Source: Chrysochromulina tobinii (lineage: Eukaryota). From it: a stretch of 45,295 nucleotides of DNA. The notes beneath the pieces were generated by a model. That model ran no database searches, was not told the DNA's origin, and worked only from the letters and a program-made list of their open reading frames with translations. The position numbers and the translations under genes are program-made. Shown here piece by piece: positions 44,056 to 45,295 of the stretch (position 1 is its first letter; each line of letters starts with the position of its first letter). The DNA lies in the NCBI GenBank assembly GCA_001275005.1, contig JWZX01003283.1:1-45295 (forward strand), in the 5' to 3' direction.

Positions 44056-45144
44056 TCACATCATCGACTTGTTCCCGCCCGCCTGGGGCTTCAGCTTGGC
44101 GGCCGACGGCGCCGCACGCTTGGCGCCGCCGCCGGCCACCGCCGCTTTGCTCGGGGCAGTCGACAGCGCTTGCGGCACAGCAGGCGACTCGCCCCCTATG
44201 GACGAGGGGGGCATAGCACAGGTGCCGAGCACCGGCCTGCTCTGGGGCGTGTCGAGCTTCTCACGTGCGGCCATCTTGTTGGACGCGAAGACCCCGATTT
44301 GGGCCTCTTCGGCGAGTTCTTCCCTCTGACGGTACGCGGCCTCGCACGAGCTGACTAAATAGTGCGCGAGGCGGCGGGGCGCGTTGAGGGCGAGCGAGGC
44401 GAGGGTCGCGTACAGGCACGCCATCGGGATCGGCGCGAGCGGCAGCTGGTTGGACTCGTCGGGACTCAAGTGCAGCGCGAACAGCACTGAGAGCATCACG
44501 CCGTCCTGCAGCACCATCGTCCATAGGCCGCCGCCCACGATCGCCTCGCGCGTCTTGAAGCGCAGCGGCGCGTCGCAGCCCCACAGCCCGCACGAGGCGA
44601 GCGGGAGCACGTCGCTACTAAACGGCCCGAGCAGCAGCAGCAGGGAGCGCTTGAGCAGCGGCCGTACCCACTGGCGGAATGGGTGGTTATTGGCCGTCTC
44701 GTCGTCTAGCACGAAGATTAAGCTGCCCAAGTGGATAGAACAGGCGAGGATCAAGACAGACGCGACCTCCACCTCGCGGTATAGGCTGACCGACGCCACG
44801 GACATCAGCCACCACAGGTACGTGAGCTGTGAAACCGTCGCCGCCGTCGCCGCCAGGCAGCCCGCCGCGTCGAGGCCGCGCACGGCGCTCACGCCGCTCA
44901 CCTCGATGTTGACGACATGGCTGCCGTATTCGGCGGCCTCGGCGAGCACGACGTCGAGGTCGCCTTTGGATCCCATGTGCACCCACAGCTGCGTGCCGTT
45001 GTGCTTCGAGAAGAGCGTGACCGACGCGGGGATCAGGTTGAAGCTGTCGGCCAGGTCGGCGACGAGCTCTTCGTAGCTCTCGCGTAGCGGCTTTGTGACG
45101 TAGGCGCCGCCCTGCGTCTGCGCCTTGATGATGAAGCCGCTCAT
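44056..45144 (-). CDS. Multi-pass membrane protein with an N-terminal PB1-like (beta-grasp) domain
   Basis: FIIKA...SYEELVADLADSF...VTLF...WVHMGSKGDLDVVL...VNIEV, followed by several hydrophobic segments. Confidence 0.55.
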   Translation of the reverse strand: MSGFIIKAQTQGGAYVTKPLRESYEELVADLADSFNLIPASVTLFSKHNGTQLWVHMGSKGDLDVVLAEAAEYGSHVVNIEVSGVSAVRGLDAAGCLAATAATVSQLTYLWWLMSVASVSLYREVEVASVLILACSIHLGSLIFVLDDETANNHPFRQWVRPLLKRSLLLLLGPFSSDVLPLASCGLWGCDAPLRFKTREAIVGGGLWTMVLQDGVMLSVLFALHLSPDESNQLPLAPIPMACLYATLASLALNAPRRLAHYLVSSCEAAYRQREELAEEAQIGVFASNKMAAREKLDTPQSRPVLGTCAMPPSSIGGESPAVPQALSTAPSKAAVAGGGAKRAAPSAAKLKPQAGGNKSMM

Positions 45145-45295
45145 CCGCCGACGGCACGAGTTGACCGCAATTGCAGGACTGCACCCAAAAAACCTGGAAA
45201 ATCGGTCCTGCTGCTGCTGTGAAACACACAACGCGCGCGCTCTCCGGACCCCCAAGCACGGGGGCCGCTATCGCAATGGACGGAGGCGTGGCCGA

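Overview
GC-rich, gene-dense eukaryotic genomic DNA. It has spliceosomal GT-AG introns, very short intergenic spacers and no operons or rRNA. Gene content, GC3 and tandem-decamer introns suggest a haptophyte alga such as Chrysochromulina or Prymnesiales (inference). Left to right: a 5'-truncated NACHT-LRR (NLR-like) gene with a KOW-like insertion, followed by about six degenerate LRR cassettes; a four-exon fusion of CDP-alcohol phosphatidyltransferase, GT4 and an LPG-synthase-type membrane domain; divergent BCAT and SURF1 genes; a protein with 15 near-identical ankyrin repeats that vary at DARPin-like surface positions; a 13-kb block rich in glycan-modifying genes (GT77-like, FkbM-like methyltransferase, SGNH/TBL-like, GT-A-like, DUF3431-Caps_synth fusion, EGF-methyltransferase) interrupted by TE debris; a MITE; a ~2600-aa repeat protein with an embedded ubiquitin-like domain; a membrane protein with multiple xQT (LC8-type) motifs; a CCD8-like carotenoid oxygenase; 6-phosphogluconolactonase; a PPR-like protein; and a PB1-like membrane protein. 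All domain calls come from motif recognition by eye. No database searches were run.
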